From NCBI GenBank assembly GCA_963805975.1, contig CAWDVR010000001.1:288001-352000 (forward strand): 64,000 nucleotides of DNA, read 5' to 3'. The position numbers and the translations under genes were made by a program. This stretch comes from an uncultured Acidobacteriota bacterium. Its GTDB lineage: Bacteria > Acidobacteriota > Thermoanaerobaculia > Multivoradales > SZUA-115. Below, in pieces: positions 28,597-38,339 of the stretch. Numbering within the stretch: the stretch's first letter is position 1; every line of letters starts with the position of its first letter. Under the pieces are notes generated by a model. It did no database searches and was not told the origin of the DNA. It saw only the letters and a program-made list of their open reading frames with translations.

Positions 28597-30009
28597 TCAG
28601 CTCCTCCCGAGCGGCCGGCCGCCCGGCTCCTGGTGCTCGATCGCAGCCGGCTCCTCCTCCGCCAGGCTCAACCGCCCCGGTTCGGCTTCGGTGGCCAGCG
28701 AGAGTGCCCCGGCCTCCGCGTCGGCGAGAGAGAGCTGGCCGTGCTCGGCGCCGGTGAGGCGGGACTGGATCTCCGCGATGGCCAGTCGGGCCGAGCGGGA
28801 GAGCTCGCGGGACCCGCGCTCCTCGAGCTGGCGCAGCGCCGGCACGGCCGCGGCCGTGCCCATCGGGCCGAGGGTGCGGGCCGCGGCCAGAGACACCGCG
28901 GAATCCTTATGGGAGAGCGTCTCGACGAGCAGGCTCTCGACCTCGGCATCACCCCGTCGGCCGAGGCGACCGTGGCGGTCGAGCGTTTCGAGACATGCAC
29001 GCGCCACCACATCCCGCCCCCGGCCCAGGGCCTGGCGCAGCGCCGCCGCCGCTTCCTCGACCGACAGCCCGGCGCCCAGCTCCTCGACCGCGCGGGCCGC
29101 GCAGTCCTCCGAGATCGCGGCGTCCGCCACCAGCTTCCTCAGCGTCGCGCGGCCCTCCTTGCCGAGGCCGATCCCCCCTTCGAGCCGCATCCGGTCGCTC
29201 GCATCCTCGCAGGCGGCGACGAGAGCATCGCGGGCGGCCGGGTGCTGGTGCGGCGGAAACTCGCGCCGCAGCACCTGCAGGGTTCGCAGGCGCACGCCGG
29301 CCTCGGGCTCGTCGTGCAGGTTGCCGGCGAGCCGCCCCGCGAGATCCTGGGGCAAGGCCAGGCGGCGGGCCAGGCGGAGCGCCGCCTGCAGCGCCTCGAA
29401 GACCTGCTTCGACAGCGAGTGCTGCATCTTCCTTGGGTCATGGCTCACCCGCACCTCGAGCCGGTCGGCCGCGAGCGTCGCGCTCACCTCGATCGGTTTC
29501 CTGCCTTCGACGAAGACGAACCCGCGCAGCAGGTCCGCCAGCGCCCACCGGGTCTCGTGGTCGAGCACCGCTAGCGCGAGCGCCTCCTGCCCTTCGACGC
29601 GAAACTCCCGGTCGAAGCCGGGGTCGCCCAGCTCGATGGCGCCGGCCGCCAGCAACCATGCCAAGCCGCTGTCGGGCTCCTCGCGCCGCGCCGTCAGCCC
29701 CTCCCGGCCATGGCCGAGGCCGCTCACCTCGATCCGGGTGGCCACTTTCCCGTCCAGCCGTACCTTCTCCAGCCGGACACCGAACTGGCCCGAGCGGGCC
29801 GTGAGCCACGGTAAAGCGGCCAGGGTCCGCGCTTCCTCCACCATGGTGAGGTTTGTGCGTTTCGCCGCCGCCCGCCAGGCCACCCGCAGATTCGGCTCGA
29901 GCGCCAGGCGGAGCTGGAGGCGCGAGGCCCCCACGCCGAGGAAAGCCACGGCGGCAAGGGCGGCGATCCCGGCCCCGACCGTGGTGAGCAGCAGCGAGAC
30001 CGGCTCCAC
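28597..30009 (-). CDS. Membrane-anchored HEAT repeat protein (paralog B)
   Basis: Same architecture as 27212-28594; 28660-28852 nearly identical to 27272-27464. Confidence 0.8.
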   Translation of the reverse strand: MEPVSLLLTTVGAGIAALAAVAFLGVGASRLQLRLALEPNLRVAWRAAAKRTNLTMVEEARTLAALPWLTARSGQFGVRLEKVRLDGKVATRIEVSGLGHGREGLTARREEPDSGLAWLLAAGAIELGDPGFDREFRVEGQEALALAVLDHETRWALADLLRGFVFVEGRKPIEVSATLAADRLEVRVSHDPRKMQHSLSKQVFEALQAALRLARRLALPQDLAGRLAGNLHDEPEAGVRLRTLQVLRREFPPHQHPAARDALVAACEDASDRMRLEGGIGLGKEGRATLRKLVADAAISEDCAARAVEELGAGLSVEEAAAALRQALGRGRDVVARACLETLDRHGRLGRRGDAEVESLLVETLSHKDSAVSLAAARTLGPMGTAAAVPALRQLEERGSRELSRSARLAIAEIQSRLTGAEHGQLSLADAEAGALSLATEAEPGRLSLAEEEPAAIEHQEPGGRPLGRS

Positions 30010-30019
30010 GATCCCTCCC

Positions 30020-31684
30020 CTACAGCAGCCGCACCACCGGCTCTTCGTCCATCAGCTCCCGGCCGGTGAGCAGGTCCTTGACCGTGGCCACCAGCCAGCG
30101 CTCGGCGTTGACCCCGAAGGCGATCTCGAGGCGGGGGCGGCGGTCTTCGGGGTCGTGGGGCGGGTCGAGGGTGCCGAGCGTCGGGCTGGCGGCATTGAGC
30201 GGCACCACCAGGCGCTCCTCGCCCGAGGCGCCGCCAATCTTGTGCAGCTCTCCGGCAGCGTCGTAGACGAAGCGCCGTTCCCCCAGCTTGCCGCTCTGCA
30301 CCTCGGCGACCACCAGGCGGAAGATCGTCTCCGGCTCGCCCAGCGAGCAGGTGGGCACGAGCTGCCGCTTCCACAGGTCGGGAGCGGTGGGGAACCGGGT
30401 GCCGCGGGGCACGATCACGGTGTGCTGCGCCGCGCCGGTTTCCGGGTGGTGAGTGACGAAGGCGTAGTCGTGGACGATGAAGTCCACCGCCCCCAGCCGC
30501 TCGGCGGCGAAGCAGGCGCCCCCCAGGGCCACCGCCTCGAAGGGCTGCCAGGTGCGCAGGCGCTGCCGCCCGAAGCGCTGCTCGAGGCGCGAGAACACGC
30601 CCGGCAGCAGCGTCGAGCCGCCCACCACCAGCACGTCCTCCACCTCCGCCACGGGCAACCGGCTGTCCTCGAAGCAGCGGTCGAGGCAGGCTTCGAGACC
30701 GCGGTAGAAGCCGCTCGCTTCCAGCACCTGGATGAGGTCGGCGCGGCCCATCGCCTGCACCGAGGCGCCGGCGGAGGCTTCGAGCAGGCCGGGAGGCGCG
30801 ATGCGGAAGAGAGCGGTGTCGTCGAAGTGCAGCGCTTCTTTCACCCGACAGGCCTCGGCCAGCATCAGCCGCAGCCAGAAGCGGGAAAGCTCGTCGCCGC
30901 CGCCCTCGAGCGGCGGGTAGCCGGAGCGGCGGCAGAGCTCCTCGAGCACCCAGCCGTCGACGGCGTTGCCGCCCAGGGGCAGGCTGTGCTTGGCGAGCAC
31001 CCGCGCCTCTCCGCCCAGGGTCGCGCGCGGCAGGAGCTCCACCAACACGGCGTGCATGGTGCCGCCGCCGATGTCCACCACCAGCACCGTGCGCGCCTCG
31101 GAGAGGCTCAAGCCATAGCCCAGGGCCGCGGCCAGCGGCTCGTCGAGGAAACGGACCCGGGCGACGCCCAACCCCTGGAGCAGACGCTGCACCTCGGCGC
31201 GGTAGACCTCGAAGGCCGCCACCGGCGAGGTGACCACGAGGTCCCGCACCCGCGTGCCGGTGGCGCGCTTGACGGCGGCCAGGAGCTCGCGCAGGAAGGC
31301 ACCGGCCACTTCGCGGGCGCTCACCTTGCGCCGCCCCAGGCGGGCGATGGGGCGCGAAGCCTCGTGGGCGAGCGCGGTCTTGAAGGTGGGCACGAAGCCG
31401 GGGTGGGCAGTTTCGTGGTTCTGCTCCAGGGCCGGCCGGCCGATCAGCGCCCGGCGGCCGAGGAAGACCCGCCGGGCGAGCGGCGGCCAGCTCCCCAGGC
31501 GGTCGAGGAGGCTCGCGGAGGAGAGCAGATGGACCGCCGAGGGCACCATGCGTGGGGCCTCCAGCGGGTCGTCCTCCCCTACCTCCCGGCAGACCTCCGG
31601 CAGCTCGACCAGCCGGGGCTGCCCGGCCGCCTCGTCGAAGCGCGCCATCCCCGAATTGGTCGTACCGAGATCAAGCGCCCACAT
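30020..31684 (-). CDS. Atypical Hsp70-family ATPase (short, no alpha-helical lid)
   Basis: ALDLGTTNS, DEPLAAA, DIGGGT, VGGST, AVALG; short beta-sandwich C-terminus; 554 aa. Confidence 0.9.
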   Translation of the reverse strand: MWALDLGTTNSGMARFDEAAGQPRLVELPEVCREVGEDDPLEAPRMVPSAVHLLSSASLLDRLGSWPPLARRVFLGRRALIGRPALEQNHETAHPGFVPTFKTALAHEASRPIARLGRRKVSAREVAGAFLRELLAAVKRATGTRVRDLVVTSPVAAFEVYRAEVQRLLQGLGVARVRFLDEPLAAALGYGLSLSEARTVLVVDIGGGTMHAVLVELLPRATLGGEARVLAKHSLPLGGNAVDGWVLEELCRRSGYPPLEGGGDELSRFWLRLMLAEACRVKEALHFDDTALFRIAPPGLLEASAGASVQAMGRADLIQVLEASGFYRGLEACLDRCFEDSRLPVAEVEDVLVVGGSTLLPGVFSRLEQRFGRQRLRTWQPFEAVALGGACFAAERLGAVDFIVHDYAFVTHHPETGAAQHTVIVPRGTRFPTAPDLWKRQLVPTCSLGEPETIFRLVVAEVQSGKLGERRFVYDAAGELHKIGGASGEERLVVPLNAASPTLGTLDPPHDPEDRRPRLEIAFGVNAERWLVATVKDLLTGRELMDEEPVVRLL

Positions 31685-31702
31685 CGAGTGGTCCGGAAGC
31701 CC

Positions 31703-32608
31703 TTACGGCGTCGTCTTGAAGCTGAAGCTCACCGGCTCGCCGAGCTCGTTGCCGCCCAGGTCCTCGAAGGCGTCGGCGGCGAGGGTGACGTGCAGGGTGT
31801 CGCCCCGCGGCAGGTCGCCGTCCGGGGACCAGACCAGCCACCAGTTCTCGGGGTCGTAGATCACGCTGCCCGGCACCAGGCCGGCTCCCTCGGCGAGCAC
31901 GGTGACGGCGCCGGCCTCGACCTCGGCAGGGTCGAGCGGCTCGGAAGAGGCGAACACCACCCGCACCGTGCGCGCCGCCACCAGCGCGTCGTCCTCGGGG
32001 AAATGCGAGGTGATGACGGGGGCCGTGTAGGCCAGCTCCAGGCAGCACTCGCCGAAGGCGGCGGCATCCAGGGTGAGGTGGAACGCGGCGTCGACCAAGT
32101 GGTCCAGCCCGGCCGGCGGGTCCGGCAGATCGAGCTCGTCGGCGAGGATCACCCCGACCACCACCGCCGCCACCACGCCGGCGACGATCCACCCCTTCGG
32201 CACGTGCTCGAGCGTGGTCTCGACCTCCGAGACCTTGCCCTTGCGCACGCGGAAGATGGTCCCCTCGCCGTCCAGGCGCACGGCGTTGCCCTCGTCGTCG
32301 AGCACGGCGGGGAAGTGGAGGCGGTACCGTCCCGGCGGCAGGTCGACGACGGACCAGGCGGGCCGCAGCGAGTGGAACACGGGCTGCCAGGTCTTTCCCT
32401 GGCGGCGCTCCAGGTGGCTGACCACGAAACCGGGGCCGACCTGGCCCGCCTTGCGGGCGCCGTCGTCCGCGAAAACAGTCACCTGAACGCCACCGATATC
32501 GCTGCCGGTGGCATGGCTGCCGGTGGTGCGCACCGAGACGCAGCCGGAAAAGAGCAGGGCGATCTGCAACATCGCGGCGAACCGTCTCGAGGCCGATCTG
32601 TTGGGCAT
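31703..32608 (-). CDS. Lipoprotein with internal TM-like segment and C-terminal Ig-like (Big_5/SbsA-like) domain
   Basis: Lipobox LFSG-C; hydrophobic stretch WIVAGVVAAVVVGVIL; C-terminal DLGGNEL..FSFKT. Confidence 0.7.
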   Translation of the reverse strand: MPNRSASRRFAAMLQIALLFSGCVSVRTTGSHATGSDIGGVQVTVFADDGARKAGQVGPGFVVSHLERRQGKTWQPVFHSLRPAWSVVDLPPGRYRLHFPAVLDDEGNAVRLDGEGTIFRVRKGKVSEVETTLEHVPKGWIVAGVVAAVVVGVILADELDLPDPPAGLDHLVDAAFHLTLDAAAFGECCLELAYTAPVITSHFPEDDALVAARTVRVVFASSEPLDPAEVEAGAVTVLAEGAGLVPGSVIYDPENWWLVWSPDGDLPRGDTLHVTLAADAFEDLGGNELGEPVSFSFKTTP

Positions 32609-32723
32609 GTCGGGAGATTGTTGCATAAGCACTGCCAGCACTGGGCAGCCTGGGATGGGCGGCTATACTCCTCGCACTCTCCGTCATTGCCCTGACGCCG
32701 ACGAGTGAGAAAGGCACCCTGGG

Positions 32724-34238
32724 ATGACTGCCGCATCGAGTTCGCTCCCACCTACCGAAACCCGTGCCGCGACCGGCATCGCCGGCCTGGACGACATCCT
32801 GGGCGGCGGGTTCACGCCGCACCGCCTGTACCTGGTCGAAGGCGTGCCCGGCTCCGGCAAGACCACCTGGCGCTGCAGTTCCTGCTCGAGGGCGCGCGGC
32901 GCGGCGAGCCGGTCCTGTACGTCACGCTCTCGGAGACCGAAGAGGAGCTGCGCGCGGTGGCCGCGTCCCACGGCTGGTCGCTCGACGGGATCACCATCCG
33001 CGAGCTGGTCCCCGGCGAAGACAGCCTGCGGCCGGACGACCAGTACACCATGTTCCACCCCTCGGAGGTGGAGCTGAGCGAGACGACGAAGACGATCCTG
33101 GCGGACGTGGAGCGGATCAAGCCGGCGCGCGTGGTGTTCGATTCGCTCTCGGAGCTGCGGCTCCTGGCGGGCAACCCGCTCCGCTACCGCCGGCAGATCC
33201 TCGCCCTGAAGCAGTTCTTCACCGGCCGGAGCTGCACCGTGCTGCTCCTGGACGACCTGACCAGCGCCCACCACGACCTCCAGGTCCAGAGCATCGCGCA
33301 CGGCGTGATGCGGCTGGAGCAGTTGCATCCCGAGTACGGGTCGGAGCGGCGGCGGCTGATCGTGCTCAAGTACCGCGGCGTCCGCTTCCGGGGCGGGTAT
33401 CACGACTTCATCATCCGACGAGGGGGCCTCGAGGTCTATCCGCGCCTGGTCGCCAGCGAGCACCGTCCGACCGCGACATGCCGAGAAGCTCGCCAGCGGC
33501 ATCGCCGAGATGGACACCCTGCTCGGCGGCGGCATCGAACGGGGGACCAGCACGCTGATCGTCGGCGCGGCGGGGACCGGAAAGTCGTCGCTGGCCGCGC
33601 AGTTCGTGGCCGCGGCGGCCGCACGCGGCCAGAACGCGGCCCTGTTCATCTTCGACGAGAGCCTCAACACGCTGCTCACCCGCTGCACCGGGCTGGGGAT
33701 CGACCTGCGAAGACACCTGGACGAAGGCCGCGTGACCGTGCAGCAGGTGGATCCCGCCGAGCTGTCGCCGGGCGAGTTCGCCCACGCCATCCGCCGGGCC
33801 GTCGAGCAGCAAGGCGCCTCCGTCGTGGTCATCGACAGCTTGAACGGCTACCTCAACGCCATGCCCGGGCGAGCGCTTCCTGATCATCCAGTTGCACGAG
33901 CTCTTGACCTACCTGGGGCAGGCGGGCGTCGCCACGATCTGCTCATCGGCGCCCATCAAGGGCTGATCGGCGGCCAGATGATCACTCCCGTGGACGCCAG
34001 CTACCTCGCCGACGCGGTGATCCTGATGCGCTACTTCGAGACCAGGGGCGAGGTCCGCCAGGCCATCTCGGTCGTCAAGAAGCGCGGCGGCGCGCACGAG
34101 CGGACCATCCGGGAGTTTCGCCTGGACAGCGGCGGCATCAGCGTGGGTCCGCCCCTGCGGGACTTCCGCGGCGTGCTGACCGGGGTGCCGATCTTCGAGG
34201 GCGGGGGCGATCCTCTGCACGAAGGGAAAGCCTCGTGA
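32724..34238 (+). CDS. KaiC/RAD55-like double-domain ATPase, broken by ~4 frameshifts (sequencing error or pseudogene)
   Basis: [31 protein letters not shown], second Walker [19 protein letters not shown]; frame changes near 32867, 33475, 33868 and 33938. Confidence 0.85.
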
Positions 34239-35827
34239 CGGATGCCGCCCCCGAGAGCCTCGAGCTGACCGTAGTCATGCTGGCCCCGACGAGCAAGGAC
34301 GCGGCCTTGACCCAGTCGGTGCTCGGCCGGGCCGGGGTCGCGTGCGTTTGCTGCGCCGATCTGGATCAGCTCTGTGAGAGGTTGGAGGCCGGCGCAGGCG
34401 CCGTGCTGCTGCCGGAAGAGGCGGTCGTGCAGAGCCGGAACGATTGCCTGGTCGAATGGCTGGCCCGGCAGCCCCCGTGGTCGGATCTGCCGGTGCTCGT
34501 GCTGGCCCGGCCGGGGGCCGACTCCGCGGCCCTGGCGCAGGCCATGGACCTGTTGGGCAACGTCACGGTGCTGGAGCGGCCGATGCGGGTGGCGGCGCTG
34601 GTGAGCGCGGTCCGGACGGCCCTGCGAGCCCGGCAGCGGCAGTACCAGATCCGCGAGCACCTCGCCCAGCGTGAGCAGTCCGAGGCCGAGCTGCGGATGA
34701 ACGACCGCCGCAAGGACGAGTTCCTGGCCGTCCTCGCCCACGAGCTGCGAAACCCGCTGGCGCCGATTCGCAATTCCTTGCACATCCTGCGGCTGACCGG
34801 CCAGCAGGACCCGACCGCCGAGCGCGTCGGCGAAATGATGGAGCGGCAGGTCAACCACATGGTCCGCCTGGTGGACGACCTGATGGAAGTCTCGCGCATC
34901 ACCCGGGGCAAGATCGAGCTGCACAAGGAACGGGTCGACGTCGCCGCCGTCGTGCGCAGCGCGGTGGAGACGAGCCGGCCGCTCATCGAGGCCGCCGGCC
35001 ATCAGTTGACCCTCGAGGTTCCCGCCGCCCCGCTCATCCTCGAAGCCGACCCCGTCCGCCTCGCCCAGGTTCTCGCCAACCTCTTGAACAACGCGGCGAA
35101 GTACACCGAAGCCGGCGGGCAGATCTGGCTCGCGGTTCGGCAAGAGGACGAACGGGTGGCGATCTCGGTGCGCGACACGGGCACGGGCATTCCGTCCGAC
35201 ATGCTGCCCCGGGTGTTCGAGCTGTTCACGCAGATCGATCGTCACGCCGACCGCGCACAGGGTGGTCTCGGCATCGGTCTGACGCTGGTCAAGAGCCTGG
35301 TCGAGATGCACGGCGGCAGCGTCACGGCGGAGAGCGACGGGCCCGGGCGCGGCAGCGAGTTCGTGGTCCGTCTCTCCCTGGCTGCAACCCGGCCGGTCGG
35401 GGAGCCTGCGGGGACCGCGGACCGCCCGACGGCCGTGCTCGCGCTGCGCCGCGTCCTGGTGGTCGACGACAACCAAGACGCGGCCGAGAGCCTGGGCATG
35501 CTCCTCAAGCTGCTCGGCGCCGACGCTCACGTCGTCTACAGCGGCACCGACGCGCTCGAGGCGCTCGCGACCTACGAGCCGGCGGTGGTGCTGCTGGACA
35601 TCGGCATGCCGGGCATGAATGGCCACGAGGTGGCCCGCCGGATCCGGCAACGACCCGAGCTCCAGGATCTGACGCTCATCGCGCTGACCGGGTGGGGACA
35701 AGAGGAAGACCGCCGCCGCTCCCGAGCGGCGGGGTTCGACTATCACCTGGTCAAACCCGTGGACGTCAACGCCTTGCAGGCCCTGCTGACCTCGCTCAGC
35801 CCGCTCCAGACCGCTACCTCGCGTTGA
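34235..35827 (+). CDS. Hybrid sensor histidine kinase/response regulator with N-terminal receiver-like domain
   Basis: LAHELRNPL, NLLNNAAKY, DTGTG, GLGIGL, C-terminal REC (VDD, LDIGMP, KP); GTGA overlap with the KaiC-like gene. Confidence 0.93.
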   Translation: MTDAAPESLELTVVMLAPTSKDAALTQSVLGRAGVACVCCADLDQLCERLEAGAGAVLLPEEAVVQSRNDCLVEWLARQPPWSDLPVLVLARPGADSAALAQAMDLLGNVTVLERPMRVAALVSAVRTALRARQRQYQIREHLAQREQSEAELRMNDRRKDEFLAVLAHELRNPLAPIRNSLHILRLTGQQDPTAERVGEMMERQVNHMVRLVDDLMEVSRITRGKIELHKERVDVAAVVRSAVETSRPLIEAAGHQLTLEVPAAPLILEADPVRLAQVLANLLNNAAKYTEAGGQIWLAVRQEDERVAISVRDTGTGIPSDMLPRVFELFTQIDRHADRAQGGLGIGLTLVKSLVEMHGGSVTAESDGPGRGSEFVVRLSLAATRPVGEPAGTADRPTAVLALRRVLVVDDNQDAAESLGMLLKLLGADAHVVYSGTDALEALATYEPAVVLLDIGMPGMNGHEVARRIRQRPELQDLTLIALTGWGQEEDRRRSRAAGFDYHLVKPVDVNALQALLTSLSPLQTATSR

Positions 35828-36605
35828 TCGCCTTGTCGTACTCCGCGTAGCTCACCGTAAAGTCGCGGGGGACCTTGGCGCCGGGGGCGCGGTAGCGGTT
35901 CACGTAGTCGAGGATGCCGGGGCTCGTCGTGCCCTGGCGCTTCTCGTAGTCGAGGAAGTCGGCCTGGAACCAGTCGAAGATCTTCGACAGGGTGACCGTC
36001 TTCGCCGCCGCGTCCAGCCTGCAGTTGCGCGCCTCGGCCACGAACTCCTCCATGGCGGCGTCGAGCTCGGCGTCGAGCGTCGCGGTCTCGAACGCCTTCC
36101 GAGGCAGGCGCGGGCAGCCGACCGAGGCGCAGTTGAGGGCGGCGTGGATGCGGGGGTCCGCGAATTGCCCGCGCACCACATCGTCCTCGAGCGCTTTCAG
36201 GTTCGTGGCCTCGCCGTCCACCCGGATGCCCATGCCGACGAAGAAGCTGTAGCCCGTGCCGAGCGGCGTCCACACCGTCTCCTTCTCCGGCCCGCGGGCC
36301 AGCACCCCGGCGAAGACCTGCGCGTTGTAGGCGTTCAGGTAGTAGGCGAGCCGGTCGTTGCGGGTGGGAAAGCGCGCCGGCGCGGACTTCGGGCCCACCG
36401 TCTTGATCGCCGCGAGGTAGCGGTCGAGCTCCACCCGGTCTTTGGCCAGGGCCTCGTAGCTCACCAGCCCGCGGTCGTCCACGTGCCGCGCCAGCACCGC
36501 CGTCCAATCGGCGTGCGAGAAGGGCTCGGCCGCCGCGAGATCGAGGGTGGCCAACCCGAGGAGACAGGCGAGAACGCGCCCGCCCCAGTGCATGCTTGGT
36601 TTCAC
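35814..36605 (-). CDS. DUF547 domain secreted protein
   Basis: Signal peptide; LAYYLNAYN, DPRIHAALNCASVGCP, LSKIFDWF; start GTG 36605 or ATG 36593. Confidence 0.88.
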   Translation of the reverse strand: MKPSMHWGGRVLACLLGLATLDLAAAEPFSHADWTAVLARHVDDRGLVSYEALAKDRVELDRYLAAIKTVGPKSAPARFPTRNDRLAYYLNAYNAQVFAGVLARGPEKETVWTPLGTGYSFFVGMGIRVDGEATNLKALEDDVVRGQFADPRIHAALNCASVGCPRLPRKAFETATLDAELDAAMEEFVAEARNCRLDAAAKTVTLSKIFDWFQADFLDYEKRQGTTSPGILDYVNRYRAPGAKVPRDFTVSYAEYDKAINAR

Positions 36606-36698
36606 GTCGTTCGCTCCCCGCGAGATGAAGATCGTTCCGGCGCCGGCCGAGAGCTTATCTCCTCCTCCGCCGAGGCTGGCCGGGTTACCATAGGCATT

Positions 36699-38339
36699 AT
36701 GAAGGTCGAAGAGCAGGAGACCCGCCCGCCGGCCAGGTCCGGTGCCTTGCGGCGCGCCACCGCCCTGCTTCTCCTGCTGCTCCTCGCCGTCAATGCCGCC
36801 GCGGTCTGGAACCTGGTGGCGGCGCGCCGCGGTGCCCGCCGCCTGGCGGTGGAGGACCTCGAGTGGCAGACCCGGGCCCATGCCCGCGCGCTCGAGGCCG
36901 TGCTCTCCGGCCTGCGCGGCGACCTGATCCTCCTCTCGCAGTCGCCACCCCTTGCCCAGGGGGCCGCGCCGCTCGCCACGGCCGACCCGGTGGCGCGGCG
37001 CTGGAGCCGCCTGGACATCGAAGGTACCCTGCTCCTCTTCCTGCGCGCCCACCCGGCCGTGGTCCGGCTCGAGCTCGCCGACGCCGCGGGAGAGACCTTC
37101 GCCGCCGCCGGCCGGCGGCAGGGTGCGCCGGTGCTCCTGGCCGAGCCCGCGCCGCGCGCTCCGGGGGAGGTGCTGCGGAGCATTTGGCCTCTCGGCTCGG
37201 CGGAGCCCGCCGCGGGCCGACTGGTGGCCGAGGTCGATCCCCGGCTCCTCCTGGCGAGCGCCATCCCGGGCTTCGACGAGCGCCTCCGCGTGCTGCCCGC
37301 CACGGCTCTTCCCGCCGCTGCCGCCGGCGACCTGCTGGTCGCACGCGCCCTGGTGACGGGGGACGGCTGGCAGCCGCCGGTCGCCTGGACCGTCGAGCGG
37401 CGCGAGGAGGAGAGCCGCATCGTGCAGTCGGTCGAGAGCCTCACCGGGCGCTTCGCCACCACCGTGGCGGCGAACGTCGCCGTGCTGGCGCTGACCTTCG
37501 CTCTCGGCCTCCTCGCCTTCCGCCAGGCACGGCGGGCGGCGCGCCTCGAGGCCGAGAAGGAGCAGCAGGCGCGGCTCGCGGCGCTCGAGCGCCAGGTGCT
37601 GGCGAGCGAACGGCTGGCGAGCGTCGGACGGCTGGCGGCCGGCATGGCGCACGAGATCAACAACCCTCTCGAGGGCATGTCGAACTACCTGCGGCTGCTG
37701 GAGGACGACCTCGCGGCCGGCGAGCCCTCGGCGAAGGAGCGGGAGGCCCGGGAGCTCGCGGGCAAGGTGCGCGAGGGCCTGCTGCGCATCGCCGGCATCA
37801 CCCGCCAGGTGCTGGCCTTCGCGAGCCCCGGCCAGGCAACCCACGGGCAGGGCACGGTCGGTCAGGCTCCCAAGCAGGCGGTGGAGCTCGGCGGTATCCT
37901 GGAGCACACCGTCGAGCTGCTGCGCGCCACGCCCTCGTTTCGCGGCGTCGAGATCGCCGTCTCGCCGCCCGGCGGGCCGCTCGCGGTCGCCGGCAACCCC
38001 GCAACGCTGGGCCAGCTCTTCCTCAACCTGCTGCTGAACGCCTGCCAGGCGCAGACGTCGGGCGGCGAGGTGGAGGTCGGCTGGCGGGCCCACGGCACGC
38101 GCGCCCTGGTCGAGGTGGCCGACCGCGGGCCCGGCCTGTCGGAAGAGGCGCTGGCGCACGCCTTCGAGCCCTTCTACTCGACCCGGGGCTCGAGCGGCCT
38201 CGGCCTCGCGGTGTGCAAGGGAATCGTCGAAGATCACCAGGGAGCCGTCCGCGCCGAGAACCGGCCGCAGGGCGGCGCGCTGTTCACGGTGGAGCTGCCG
38301 CTCGCCCGGGCCGGTGGCGGAGGAGAGGTGGAGGCATGA
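36699..38339 (+). CDS. Membrane sensor histidine kinase (NtrB-like)
   Basis: Two TM helices, AHEINNPL, NLLLNA, DRGPG, FEPFYST, GLGL. Confidence 0.92.
   Translation: MKVEEQETRPPARSGALRRATALLLLLLLAVNAAAVWNLVAARRGARRLAVEDLEWQTRAHARALEAVLSGLRGDLILLSQSPPLAQGAAPLATADPVARRWSRLDIEGTLLLFLRAHPAVVRLELADAAGETFAAAGRRQGAPVLLAEPAPRAPGEVLRSIWPLGSAEPAAGRLVAEVDPRLLLASAIPGFDERLRVLPATALPAAAAGDLLVARALVTGDGWQPPVAWTVERREEESRIVQSVESLTGRFATTVAANVAVLALTFALGLLAFRQARRAARLEAEKEQQARLAALERQVLASERLASVGRLAAGMAHEINNPLEGMSNYLRLLEDDLAAGEPSAKEREARELAGKVREGLLRIAGITRQVLAFASPGQATHGQGTVGQAPKQAVELGGILEHTVELLRATPSFRGVEIAVSPPGGPLAVAGNPATLGQLFLNLLLNACQAQTSGGEVEVGWRAHGTRALVEVADRGPGLSEEALAHAFEPFYSTRGSSGLGLAVCKGIVEDHQGAVRAENRPQGGALFTVELPLARAGGGGEVEA

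Noticed and set aside
27131-32695. 1854-aa plus-strand ORF
   Set aside because: Antisense shadow of four motif-bearing minus-strand genes; starts inside a REP; no domain motifs. Long shadow ORFs are expected at this GC content.
32724-34238. Programmed frameshifting or a circadian clock
   Set aside because: Four scattered indels without slippery-site/hairpin signatures; no kaiA or kaiB.
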